Positions 1 through 10,878 of a stretch of DNA of 64,000 nt are shown here, one piece after another. A program made the translations under genes and the position numbers. The DNA is from Microthyrium microscopicum (taxonomy: Eukaryota). Position 1 is the first letter of the stretch. Every line of letters begins with the position of its first letter. The stretch is from contig MU004233.1 in assembly GCA_010405405.1 (NCBI GenBank), positions 1,067,122 through 1,131,121 on the forward strand, read 5' to 3'. The notes below the pieces were generated by a model. The model was not told the DNA's origin and did no database searches. It worked only from the letters and a program-made list of their open reading frames with translations.

Positions 1-15
1 CAGACAAGCCACCCC

Positions 16-538
16 TCAAATCTCAGCAGCAACCTCCTCCTTCACCACCACCGGTGTGCCCTCCTTGATTTCGCGCTCTGGTGAGTCCATGTTGACCTCC
101 ACCTCTTCAGCCTCAGGCTTCTTGACCTTTGGCTTTTTAGCACGAGGAGCTTTTGCCTTTTTGGCAGGGGGAGAAGCAGGCAAGTCAGCATCATCACCAG
201 ACGCCTCGTCGGCGGTTTTGGTGGGAGCCTTGCGCTTGGAAGCAACAGCCTTGTTCTTGGGCTTGGGAGACTCGACGTCGCTTGTGGCTTTGGCGCCTGG
301 AAGTGGCTTTCCATCCGGGCCGATTGGGAGAGCGTATTGTTTGCGCAATTTGGCGAACATCTGGTTGGTGGCGTGGAATGATCGGCCTGGATGGTCGTCG
401 GCATTGATGCCGGTCACGTTGCCATGGCGAGTTGCGTGGCGGACGAGAAAGGCGATCTGGTTGAGTTAGTGAGGATTTGATGATAATTGACGGGTTGCGT
501 ACCTTTTCCTCGTCGGACCAGGCTCCTACAGCTGGCAT
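16..538 (-). CDS. Small hypothetical protein (about 158 aa) with an N-terminal helical W-x-x-EEK-x-x-FL segment and a Lys/Ala/Pro-rich basic tail; possibly nuclear
   Basis: Exon 538-503 (MPAVGAWSDEEK), GTACGC..CTAAC..CAG intron 502-457, exon 456-16 continuing IAFLVRHATRH...AAEI-stop in frame. Confidence 0.7.
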
Positions 539-818
539 GATGACTTATGGTGGGGTTGTAGTGGATTGATGAGTGATGCTTTTGCAAGGTTTGTGTGAAT
601 AAGTTTTGTGACGATGTGATGTCAAGGGAGATGTTCGATGAGAAGGATGGGGAAGAATTGTTGATGTGCAGAGGAAGAAGTGTTGCAGATGGAAGCGGGG
701 CGGGAGACTTTATAGCACTCAATATTCGAGGATATCGTCACTCGTCGTTCCATCGGGTTCTCTCATATCTAGCGTGCAACTTCAAATGACCAGCGATTTC
801 TTCATTGAGCAAGTGGGT

Positions 819-1589
819 TCATTCAAGTTTGTCCAGATGTTCTAGCCGGGTAAGAACTACTTGCTTGCTCGTCTCTTCAATTTCCCCAGCTAGAAAGACC
901 TCGTCCAGAATAGCATAGACCTGATGGCTGTCAGTATTACTCACTATTGTGTATTATGAGGGAACATATAGCTTGCTCCAATCAAGTTTCGTGCCTGCCA
1001 CTGAATTGTCCAGCGCCACGATTGTGAAGCAGGGTGAGATAAATCTCATTTTCTTTGGCATGGATTGCAATGACAGATGTCATTTCAAGCACGACGGGCA
1101 CAGAACAGTCATACCTTGTAGAAATTGAACACCAAGTCCAGTTCACACACATTGCCGAAAAAAGCATCCAGAACCTCGACGAAAAAATGAATGGCCTCCA
1201 GGTACGCCAGTTCATTGTCGTTGGTATCCACACAAGCACAGAAGAAAAGTCCAGCATATCTCCGGTAGACAATTTTAGACGTGTTTCGAAATTCCACAAA
1301 GTTGGACTGGTGCTTTTGATCTCGGGGAGCAATCAATCTATGAACCTGAAATCGTCAGACATGGTAAAATTTTCCTCTTTGTGAACCTTACTTCGCCCTT
1401 GAGCTTGACCTTATCTTCATCCTACGGTTGTTAGTTGGCCTTACATAGAATAAATCGATGTCACTTACGCCATACGGCGCATACCACTTCGCGAGCCGAG
1501 TCTTTCCCCTGGTGATGGTTAGATCTATCTTGCGGCAACGACGGGCCAACTCACTGCCGATTTTGGATCAACACAAACGAGAGAACCAT
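819..1589 (-). CDS. APS2: AP-2 adaptor complex sigma (small) subunit, 145 aa, 5 exons
   Basis: Exons 1589-1555, 1508-1469, 1421-1392, 1345-1115, 920-819 splice to [21 protein letters not shown]...[12 protein letters not shown]...[31 protein letters not shown], the typical sigma-2 adaptin sequence. Confidence 0.95.
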
Positions 1590-1848
1590 GATGAAACTGG
1601 AAAGAAAGTTTCTTTCATATAGTTTCCGATGCGAGTGTTCAAAAGCGAGGCCGATACTAGACGACACAGAGGTGGTAGTTGAGCTCAACGCGTGGCATGC
1701 CGGGTGGGCCGTGCGTCGGGGCCGGTTTTGGAGTTGTAGCTTTCTACATGTATGTTTCTCAACTCCCTCTCGTTTTATCGATGTTCATGGTTTGCCTGCG
1801 ATGCCTCTTTTAAAGCTGTGGTCTGTCTAGTGGACAATACAGGACACA

Positions 1849-2625
1849 TGATGTTGAAGGCTCTTGAGAATGTGTCGCTGACGCTAAATCTACAGCCTGG
1901 AGTTACGTTACACCACTTGAATCCCATCAGGCTGAAAGCTGGCCATTTGAGGCAATGCGTGCTCGCATTTCTGGGTGCCCAGCATGTGAGAGCAAGGGAA
2001 AAGTCCCGAGAGGATGTTAACGCTGCATTCAATATGGCTTTGTCCTTTCTCAACTTTGCCATGCTCGCTTGTGGTGAAGCTGCAGTAGGCTGCATGAGGA
2101 CAACGGGTTGGAAGGTAATCCTGCTGCATGCTGACCAGTGGGTAAAAGATTGCGAAGACGAATAGCGTAATTCAAACCTATAGCGGAGGCTTCGCGTCTC
2201 GTATCCCTGGCATTAAAAGGACCGGAAATGTGGAAGGCTGGGGCATGTAGGCTCAGATCATGAGAAATGCTGCCACAAATGGAGTACACTGGGCGCTGGT
2301 TGAGCTTCAGCGTCGTCGTATCGGGAACGCTACAGTCTGGCGCGATCACCAGCTAGCTCACAATTTCATTGCCAAGGGAAAAGGCATTGTGTTTTCTTGC
2401 GCAGGAGCACGTCTTCAAAAGCAATTGGCTGCGGGCATAACATCAGCAGATGTTCAGGTAGGGGACTCGATAGCTCTGATATCAAGCGTTTCTTGGCCAA
2501 TGATACTCCGAGAGAAAAATGATGCCTATGAGATGAATGGGCCTGCAGCGATTCCTAACATTGACAATGGAGGTGTTTGGAAGAATGTGAAACCTGAAGA
2601 GCTGAGAGAGATTGTACTGATATGA
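1849..2625 (+). pseudogene. Probable relic of a HET-6-like heterokaryon incompatibility gene (C-terminal part)
   Basis: ORF 2260-2625 ends VQVGDSIALISSVSWPMILREKNDAYEMNGPAAIPNIDNGGVW...LREIVLI, resembling the GD-x-I...P-x-ILR...Y-x-x-x-G...I-x-L-I tail of HET-domain proteins. The upstream ORF is in another frame, stops lie between them, and no branch site supports a bridging intron. Confidence 0.45.
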
Positions 2626-3167
2626 CTAGGACAAAGTGGCGAAAAGAAAGGGCGGTCGAGCGCGTGTTTTACTTCGCACTCTTTTCTACTGTTGAATAAT
2701 ACTGTTCTGGGGTGCAGACGAACAGCGCAGAGAGTACTCGGAGAACCCTCGTACTCATCACAACGACAAAACATTTGTGAAGAATAGTGTACATCATTAT
2801 ACATTAGCGAATGATAGGCAACATACATAACCATGGGGAATCTTGAACTAAAGAACATGATGATGAACAAAGAGGGAATATAGTACAAGCTTCCAGGAAC
2901 CCCAATGTCCGGACCTAGGATTCAATGTCATGGCTAAGGACCACATCTTTATATAATCACGCTAATCAGGCTTTTCCCTCACCATAAAACCCAGACAGAA
3001 ACACGTGGTTCAACATACTTTTTGCAACCTGTGAAGTTCTTGAAGACAACTGGGAGTTGTCCATAGTGGTAGGTAAGGTGCCATTAATTGATAGTCGGCC
3101 GGGGAACTGATTCAGTTCAGCGGTAATCCGCTGGCGATACAACAGCTGGCGAAGGATTCGAATCGTA

Positions 3168-5116
3168 CTATGTTTCGACACCAACGTTGAACTGTTGCAA
3201 TTGCTGGAGCACAGCGTTTACATCGTCATTGGCCGGTGACATACGACACATGACAGGAAGGATGGCCTTGAATTTCGCAACCTAAAAATCGAAATCAGCA
3301 AAAGAGATATAATCTTGGGTATGAACGCCTACAAAGCTGATCCATTGGGGCTCCAAATGATTAGATGTGACCGTATTCAAGAAAGCAGCCGCATTCTGGG
3401 CCAAGTCGGCCATCTCTGTAGCGCATTCGTTTGGATTCATCTGTCCTACCAGATTCGCTTGGCAGGAAAGGATACCTAGATGTATCGCGGTTTTCTGCAT
3501 CTCCGTTTGTATATTTTGTTTGCCAGCCTGGTCAGTAATAAGGACGTTGGGTGGCATATCGAGATCGAAGTTGCCATGGCTGGCTTGTAGATCGTTTTGC
3601 GTGGTCTTAAGCTTCAAAAGCCGATCTTGTATTGCCGCGTTCCGATCTGTTTCAGCCGACAGAAGATATGGCTCGATGATACTATCACGATAGACATGGA
3701 CAAGAGTTTTACAATTATCCAGAAGTTGTCCAAGTTGGTCATCTTGTTCGCCGTCAATTGCAATGTTTACGGGAAGTTGTTGCTCTGTTGGTGCATAGAC
3801 CTTCATAATGTAAGGGCTAAGATCTTGGTTGGTACAAGAGAGTGATCTGCTCATAGATTAGCATGCAGTACTAGAACGATGGAAGGCAGGGTGTCTTACT
3901 GAGTTTCCACAAAGAGAGACATATGGAGTCGCTTCGCCATTTGATCGCCCATAACGTCTGTCTCTTCCTCTTCATTCTTCTCAATCAGAAATCCTCCCAT
4001 CTCAAGAATAGCCAATGACTCTCCAGTATACAAGCGAAACTGGCTATGAACACTAATGCGCCAGCCAATGACACCAAGAAGGAAGCTAGTCAATGCGTCG
4101 TATATGTTGTGGGCTGCATAGACGCTGCTGAATTCAGTCCCACGAATGTCGGTGGCAACTTTGACACACTTGTGAACAAAGTCTGAGATCTGTTGATTCG
4201 ACTGAGCAGGCAATTGAAGGAGCTCTAAAGCGGCGCGCTCGTGTGATAGGGCTGCCATGCCGACCATCGCAGCTAAGAGCGCGAGGAATTTTTGATCGTG
4301 ACGGTCTAGTCGGTCGTTGAAATGTCCCATAAAGACGTTTTCGTGCGGAAATGGATAAAGTGGATAGACGTATGCAAAGTAGAGTTTGACGAAGTTTTCC
4401 ACCACATTGAATGGCGCAATAAGTTCAGCAGTAAATTCGTTGAAGCTGGCGCTGTCATTACTAATGGCGCCAACTGAGGTTGATCCAATATCAGTTTGCG
4501 GGTTCATAGCTTGACTCCGTCGATGCTCTTCAGCCACTCTATTGGGAGGGCCGCGTCGTTTGGCCATGCGTACAAAAGTGCATGGGATGTCAACATCGGC
4601 ACAATTTGAACAAGGTCGACCTTGATCGCACTACCAGCAAAATTAGTTCAGCTATTTCTTGACTAATGAGAGGATTAAAATACGCACCTTAACTTTTCGC
4701 TTGCTACAAGCATCGCAAGCACGATGTTGGCGCCTCTGCTTGCCGCCGCCATGACGATCCATTCTCGTTGCTGCTAGACTTGAGGCAGCAATACTTGCAG
4801 CGTTAGTGATTGAAGTTGGCCCAACAGTTCCAGCGTTTAGGGAATCAAGAGCATCGCCGAAATTCATCGCTGATGGATGCGGCGGAGCCGGAGCAATGGT
4901 TTGGTGACCAGGCATTGATGAGACCATGATTAAGTGATCAGGAGGTACAGAGCCGATTGGAAGTTGTCGCAGAGCAGGCTCAAGAGCGTCGTATAAATCA
5001 GAATGCGAAGTTACGTTCTGCATGCTTGCTTGCGCGAGTTGGAGCACGCTAGGAGAAGTTGGTTCTGCCGATGCTTTGTAGTCTTCAGCAGACTCGGATG
5101 GGGTTGAAGGGCTCAT
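3168..5116 (-). CDS. Zn(II)2Cys6 transcription factor with a fungal TF middle-homology region (about 595 aa, 4 exons)
   Basis: Exons 5116-4688, 4630-3900, 3846-3333, 3281-3168; RACDACSKRKVK|CDQGRPCSNCADVDIPCTF gives six Cys, followed by RRGPPNR and LYFAYVYPLYPFPHE. Confidence 0.85.
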
Positions 5117-5718
5117 TGTATATACAAGAACAGTCTTTGAGGGAGAAAAAGGTTAAAAGAATGGAATGGTCCAGTTTTGGTGGGAAGGCGAGGTGTAAAA
5201 GGCAGACAAGTATGCAGTGATTACCCAAGCACTCGAGGTGTGATATGAAGCATGAGATGTAGTGGGTCACAGCAACCACACCATGTGAGATTCCAAAACC
5301 AGTCAGTGGTCCCTAATTTGAGCTTATTGAATTGATAGAATGAGGTTTCAGGGTGCAAAATGATGTCTTAGGAAATGGAGAGTTGATGGAGATGGTGATG
5401 TAGGAGAAGACGCGACGGCGTTGTTGATGTGCACTTTCTTAATTTTCACGTGCCAAGCCATGGTTACTTAGTAGGCAGGAGCTCACAGATCAGTCACTTT
5501 GAGGACGCCGTATGGGCATTAAAGGAGGCTTTGTATTTGGCTATATACAATGTGAATCTACTCCGCGATGTTTATGGCTTCGTTTGTAAGGGGTAGGATA
5601 AACTTCGGCCTTCACCAATTTCGTTGGTTTTGGGAGGCATGAATTGAGAATTTGCTTGGGGAAGTCACTAGTACAAAAGCGGCTAGCGTAACTTCATCCT
5701 GCATCTTTCGCCCTTTGT

Positions 5719-5731
5719 CCAATCAGATAAG
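5719..5731 (+). promoter_or_regulatory. Overlapping CCAAT box and ATCAGATAA GATA element upstream of ISU1 (candidate iron-responsive site)
   Basis: CCAATCAGATAAG lies about 190 bp before the ISU1 ATG; ATCAGATAA matches the ATCWGATAA consensus of SreA-type GATA repressors. Confidence 0.4.
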
Positions 5732-5915
5732 ATCATCTGGTCGGCAAAGAATTACTTCAATCGTCACCATCCGGCCTTTCATGCATTACTCTCCTTCCAC
5801 TTTCCCATTATCAACACTCCAGCCTTCAAACAATCAAATCGCTACCTAGGACATATCAATCGATCAATCTCAACCACTGATACCACTCAAAACTCGCACT
5901 TCCCTCTCACTCATC

Positions 5916-6664
5916 ATGCAACGAACGGTGGCAAGAGCATCCGTCATGGCGGGGACGACCATGATAAGAGCCGTACGACCACACATTCAATCCACAACAA
6001 GGAGAATACCCTCAACAATCTCCTCAAACATCCAGCGCCGCTCCTACCACGAAAAAGATAAGCTCCTCCCCTCTCCCCTCACAGCCGCCCTCTCACGGGA
6101 TCTCCGCGGGCCCAATACCGCAATATGCCCTCAATGTATGAGCTCAGAACACTCCGCTGACATGCCTAGCACTCATCGACCACTACGAGCGCCCCCGCAA
6201 TGTAGGCAGCATGGCCAAGAACGACACCGACGTCGGCACCGGCCTCGTCGGCGCACCAGCCTGCGGTGACGTGATGAAGCTGCAGATCCGCGTCGACCCT
6301 GACACACAGCGCATCTCGGACGTAAAGTTCAAGACCTTTGGATGTGGCAGCGCAATTGCAAGCTCGAGCTATTTGACGGAGTTGGTACAGGGCATGACGC
6401 TTGAGGAGGCGGCACGCATTCGCAATACGGAGATTGCAAAGGAGTTGTGTTTGCCACCCGTAAAATGTGAGTATTGATGCCCTGAAATGGATATCGAGAA
6501 TGGGGTACTGATTAGTTGTTTTAGTGCATTGCTCGATGTTGGCAGAGGATGCGATCAAGTCGGCGATTTCAAACTACTATGTGACGAATCCTACGCATAA
6601 GCCAACCAGTTTGGCGGGTACGGCGGCACCGATGCCGAAAATTGAGAATGTTGCTACTGCCTAA
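5916..6664 (+). CDS. ISU1: Mitochondrial Fe-S cluster scaffold protein Isu1/IscU, 3 exons
   Basis: Arg/Ser/Thr-rich presequence; exons 5916-6057, 6173-6466, 6525-6664 give YHEKVIDHYERPRNVG...GAPACGDVMKLQI...FKTFGCGSAIASSS...LPPVKLHCSMLAEDAIK. Intron 1 is AT-AC, intron 2 is GT-AG. Confidence 0.95.
6058..6172 (+). other. Predicted non-canonical AT-AC intron of ISU1 (115 nt)
   Basis: Donor AAAG|ATAAGC, branch GCTGAC at 6156-6161, acceptor TAGCAC|TCATC; removing it yields G+TC = Val and restores YHEKVIDHY. Confidence 0.75.
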
Positions 6665-7236
6665 AGTCAACGCACAGATAAATTGATTACTGGAACCGGG
6701 TTTGCTATGGGCGCTGAATCTTATGGCCTTTTGCTCGTGGGCTTGTACCGAATACGGACCATCGCTTGACATAACTTGCAGAAGCCTGTCAAGATAGCCA
6801 TACTGATTTCGAGGATGGGAGTTTGAGACGGATCACAAAATTCTGGCGTAAAGCTCCGCATACTCTCCCCTATGTGCAATAAACAAAAAATAAATAAAAT
6901 GCTCTCAAATTGAGTATGGTCATGAAGAGATATGTGACTATGACAGCGACATAGGTGAAAAATTTGTACAATGAAAGGGCAGCCTGAGCAGTTCAGTAGA
7001 TGAATGAATTCAACTATGCCTTATCGAATGGTGAACAGAATCATGCTGAGCGATTCTAGTCTCTAGATCATGGCCTGATTGTCCGCCACACTCACATCTG
7101 TGGCAAATAAATTTGATATATTCGGAGAAGAGGGAACTTCTTAACAAACGTTTGACATGATTCCTTCATTATACTTCATGCTATGCTAACGCTCCAGAGC
7201 TTTTCATTCATCCCATCATGACGCCGCCACAGACAC

Positions 7237-10200
7237 CTAAGGATCAACGATATACTTCATCTTGACACCCATACTCGCCAACTCCGTATCCAGATATCTC
7301 AGGACACCCGGCACCGCTACCAATCGACAGTCTGTTCCACCCACATACTTCGTGCCCCGTCCGTCTTCCCACACCTCATCCCTTGACTCTCGCCCCGTTG
7401 CAACCCTCGCACACCTACGACACCGAACATCATTCTTACTGCCACTGCGATCCAATCCCCACTTGCGAATTACCGGCGTGGCACCTAAGAATGAGCCACA
7501 CTCCCTACAAATCCAACTTTGCATGTAATCCGAGCAATTCAGCAACCGGTCCTGCAGTAAAAACGCAGCACCGTGTGCAAGTAGAGAATCACGCTCCATC
7601 TCACCAACACGAATACCACCACCTTTCTTACGCCCCTTGATAGGCTGCAATGTATGCCGATGTACAGGACCAGTGGTACGAACTTGGTATTTATCGTTGA
7701 CCATGTGGCGCAGGCGCTGGTAATATACACAGCCAATATATATATCAGCCATGAGCTCTTGACCCGTTATACCAGAGTACATGGGCTCATTGCCGTAGTA
7801 GTTATACCCCGCTTGCTGAAGCTGATGTCCGAAAAAGTCAACAGCCGTATGGTTTTCGTCAAAAGTCCAGGGCGTGCTGTCTTGCGCAAGACCGTGCAGG
7901 GCGCCGGATTTGCCAGCGAGGGATTCGACGAACATGCCGATTGTCATACGGGAGGGGAAAGCATGTGGGTTGATGATGGTGTCGGGCTGCATGCCGGACT
8001 CTGTGAAAGGCATGTCGACGGTTTGCCACTTTTGCGAACATACACCTTTCTGTCCGTGGCGCGAGGAGAATTTGTCACCGATGATGGGGGGTCGTGGGAT
8101 GCGAAATTTGACGCTGACGGCTTGGAGGGGCTTGTTGCCTTCTTCGGCGCCTAGGAGGCGGACTTCTTCGACGTAAGCGGTTTCGTCGTCCTTGTAGCGC
8201 TCGAATTTCATGTCGCCATCAGTGTTGATGTAGTTGCCGGTGCGTGGATCTTCAACAACGGCGTGGTGGCAAGCGATGGGCGTGCCTTTGGTGAGGCGGG
8301 CGCCGATGCGCGGGAGCCCGTCAAAGTCAATGGTAGAGAGAACTTCTGCTTTGACGACGGTGGTGGAGGGAAAGCCAAAGAGGCGGCTGACGCGGGTGGT
8401 GAAGCGAGCGCCACGGGAGGTTTCGGCGATGGAATAGATGTGAGTTTTGTAGATGGTGCCGTAACCGAAGCCACGTTCGTCGGAGGATTTATTGATAATC
8501 ATGGCGTCGTCCATATCATAGCCAGTGTATGAAATGACGGCAACGATGGAGTTGGTGCCATTGGGAAAGTTGTCAAGGCCATAAGTATTGTAAAGAGGTG
8601 GTCGCACAACAGGTGTCTGAGCACTTTGAATACGGTAGGTTTTGTTGTCTGTTCGGTATTTGATGGCAGTTCCATAATTTCCCATGGTCTGTTTACCCAT
8701 CTGACATTGGTACATGTTTCGAGGCGACTGATTTTGATCTGAAAAGGGTGTTTGATTGGCGATGATGGAGAGGATGTTAGTAGGAGAGAATTCGACATGA
8801 GTATGATCTCCAGATCTAATCTCATGAGGCCGAACAGCAATTGACATGTAGACTTGTTCCAAGGGGCCAACATAGTCCAATTTGTCCAAAGGTAAGTACT
8901 TGACTTCTCGGTACATCCGCGCTGCTCCAGAAAACATGTAAATCCCTGGATACTGACCACCGTTGGAATTCGGAATGTATCCAATTTCCAGCTCCACGGG
9001 TATGTTGTGACTTTTTTCGACCTTCCAGTAGCGTAAAGTATCGTGTATTCTCTTTGCTTCCTGCGGTGAGCAATAACCGAGGATTCGTCCGTCAAGCTGA
9101 ACAGGCACACTTTCCTTCAATGTTGGTAAAGAAATCGGTATCACACCTAGCTGAGCAATAAGACCAGCAACTTTTGAGGCGTCCACGGGCTTGGTCGCGA
9201 TTCGGCATTTATGCGCAAGATGGTTGAGAAGTCCACAAGGAGAGCCGTCAGGTGTATGAACAGGACACAGAAAGCCCCAACTTTCTGGTAGAAGTTTTCG
9301 GACGGTTGTAGTTTTCATTTGAGCGAAGAAACTACCTCTATGAACCATTCGAAAATGGCTGATGAAGCGGTAGAAATTGATCTTCTCAGCCATAACTGTG
9401 TATCCTGAAACTTGCTGCAAGTCAAGACCACTAGGACTGATCAGATTTCCTGTTGACATAAAGTATTCCATTTTTTGTCCAACATCATATCTTGTTTTGC
9501 CAATAATGTTTGTAATGAATTCTTGTTCGAAATTAGGATCGTTGAATCGTTTAGAGTAGGTGCTCGTCCGTAACCAAGTTTGGGTTTCTATACGTATGGT
9601 GTTGATGTACTCCTCCAGGTTTTCCTTCAGAAGCATGCCATACAGGAAGCCAGGAAGTAGAATTTCATGCATGGAGGCAGCATCTGGATTGTCTGGGGCA
9701 CATTCGCCCTCAACCATTGCGTAGAGCTTTCGAGCCATGAACATCATCATCTTGAACTTGTCCATATTTTGAGATTGCGTGACTCCCACACAACCTAGAT
9801 GTGGTAGGACGATTTTGCGAAGGAATTCTGTGCCAACTTCTTCGTCCGTGAAGTCGTCGTGAAGCATAAGAGCTACTCGAAATTTGTTTCCTAGGTATGC
9901 TCGGGTTTTCGACATTCCATGGATGTTCCACTTCTTGTATGTGCGAAGTAGCAGTTCTGCACGATCCATAGCCCATTGTTTCTCCTTCAGTCCTTTTGAG
10001 CCTGCTGGTCCAACGATAGCTTCGAAGATTTCTCGATCGTTTGTCTCCACCAGTGCCTTTGCGATGAGTACGAAAGGTACTAAGTATTCGAGTTTTCGGA
10101 AAGAGAATCGAAAGATGATGTTGCCGTCGTTGAGGTATTGGAGCACGTTGGTCTGAGAAGTTTCATCAGGCCGAACTGATCTAATTTGAACACCGTATTT

Positions 10201-10878
10201 GGTGTAAGTTGGACCACGTTTTGAAAATGAAGGTCGAACAATAGCCATGGGAAAGTTTCTCTTCGTGTTGATAAGCATTCGAATGAGCTTTTCATTTCCA
10301 TTGATGATGAAATAACCACCCAACTCATCAGATTCTTCCTTGACGTTGACCAAATCAATCGGACCCATTTTCTCTAGATAGCATTTCTTGGTCCGCAACA
10401 TGATGGGAATTTGACCCATTTCGCGCGAAACTTCCCGCCAGTCTGCATTGTTGACCTTGTATTGGAGTTTGCACGACAGACGGCCTTTATAGCTTGCATG
10501 TCTCTCTCGACATTCTCGGGGAAGGACTTCTCGTTTCTTGGGATCCGTTATGACTTTGTTGGCAGTGGATATGCTGGGTTTTGCGATAGTGACGCCTCGG
10601 ATTTTAATGCTGAGCTTATTTCTTCTCACTGGTGGTTCGTTTGGATCTGGTATAGGTCGGCCATCCAGCCAGGATTTTGTACCTATTTCGTCAAGACCAC
10701 GTTGGAGAAGTCCGTCTGGTTCGAAGTAGACGTTGAACGAGTCTACGTGAGGAGCGATGGCATCGAGGAGAGCGGGATATTGAGTTTGGGCTGGTGGATT
10801 TCGGAAAAGATTGTGGCGGCGAACAGTGTCATACTCGACGGACCAAGGCTCTGGCTTGGAACTTGCTGCGGGTGCCAT
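7237..10878 (-). CDS. RPA135: DNA-directed RNA polymerase I second-largest subunit (1213 aa, single exon)
   Basis: GDKFSSRHGQKG, NPHAFPSRMTIG and GGIRVGEMERD motifs; Pol I-type PVHTPDGSPCGL, RKLLPESWGF and NQSPRNMYQCQM; C-terminal CRECG...CRRC zinc finger. Confidence 0.97.
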   Translation of the reverse strand: MAPAASSKPEPWSVEYDTVRRHNLFRNPPAQTQYPALLDAIAPHVDSFNVYFEPDGLLQRGLDEIGTKSWLDGRPIPDPNEPPVRRNKLSIKIRGVTIAKPSISTANKVITDPKKREVLPRECRERHASYKGRLSCKLQYKVNNADWREVSREMGQIPIMLRTKKCYLEKMGPIDLVNVKEESDELGGYFIINGNEKLIRMLINTKRNFPMAIVRPSFSKRGPTYTKYGVQIRSVRPDETSQTNVLQYLNDGNIIFRFSFRKLEYLVPFVLIAKALVETNDREIFEAIVGPAGSKGLKEKQWAMDRAELLLRTYKKWNIHGMSKTRAYLGNKFRVALMLHDDFTDEEVGTEFLRKIVLPHLGCVGVTQSQNMDKFKMMMFMARKLYAMVEGECAPDNPDAASMHEILLPGFLYGMLLKENLEEYINTIRIETQTWLRTSTYSKRFNDPNFEQEFITNIIGKTRYDVGQKMEYFMSTGNLISPSGLDLQQVSGYTVMAEKINFYRFISHFRMVHRGSFFAQMKTTTVRKLLPESWGFLCPVHTPDGSPCGLLNHLAHKCRIATKPVDASKVAGLIAQLGVIPISLPTLKESVPVQLDGRILGYCSPQEAKRIHDTLRYWKVEKSHNIPVELEIGYIPNSNGGQYPGIYMFSGAARMYREVKYLPLDKLDYVGPLEQVYMSIAVRPHEIRSGDHTHVEFSPTNILSIIANQTPFSDQNQSPRNMYQCQMGKQTMGNYGTAIKYRTDNKTYRIQSAQTPVVRPPLYNTYGLDNFPNGTNSIVAVISYTGYDMDDAMIINKSSDERGFGYGTIYKTHIYSIAETSRGARFTTRVSRLFGFPSTTVVKAEVLSTIDFDGLPRIGARLTKGTPIACHHAVVEDPRTGNYINTDGDMKFERYKDDETAYVEEVRLLGAEEGNKPLQAVSVKFRIPRPPIIGDKFSSRHGQKGVCSQKWQTVDMPFTESGMQPDTIINPHAFPSRMTIGMFVESLAGKSGALHGLAQDSTPWTFDENHTAVDFFGHQLQQAGYNYYGNEPMYSGITGQELMADIYIGCVYYQRLRHMVNDKYQVRTTGPVHRHTLQPIKGRKKGGGIRVGEMERDSLLAHGAAFLLQDRLLNCSDYMQSWICRECGSFLGATPVIRKWGLDRSGSKNDVRCRRCARVATGRESRDEVWEDGRGTKYVGGTDCRLVAVPGVLRYLDTELASMGVKMKYIVDP

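Noticed and set aside
960..1060. TPP riboswitch in the APS2 intron (UGAGA and AACUUGAU-like words)
   Set aside because: The P5 stem with its GxUAAUx loop and the following CGxAGG are missing, and the gene is unrelated to thiamine
6058..6172. U12-type (minor spliceosome) intron in ISU1
   Set aside because: Lacks the ATATCCTT donor and TCCTTAAC branch consensus, and ascomycetes lack U12 machinery; better read as a U2-type AT-AC intron
5916..6269. 117-aa ORF as a separate protein, or ISU1 as a frameshifted pseudogene
   Set aside because: It is exon 1 read through the intron; all catalytic Cys and the LPPVK motif are intact after splicing
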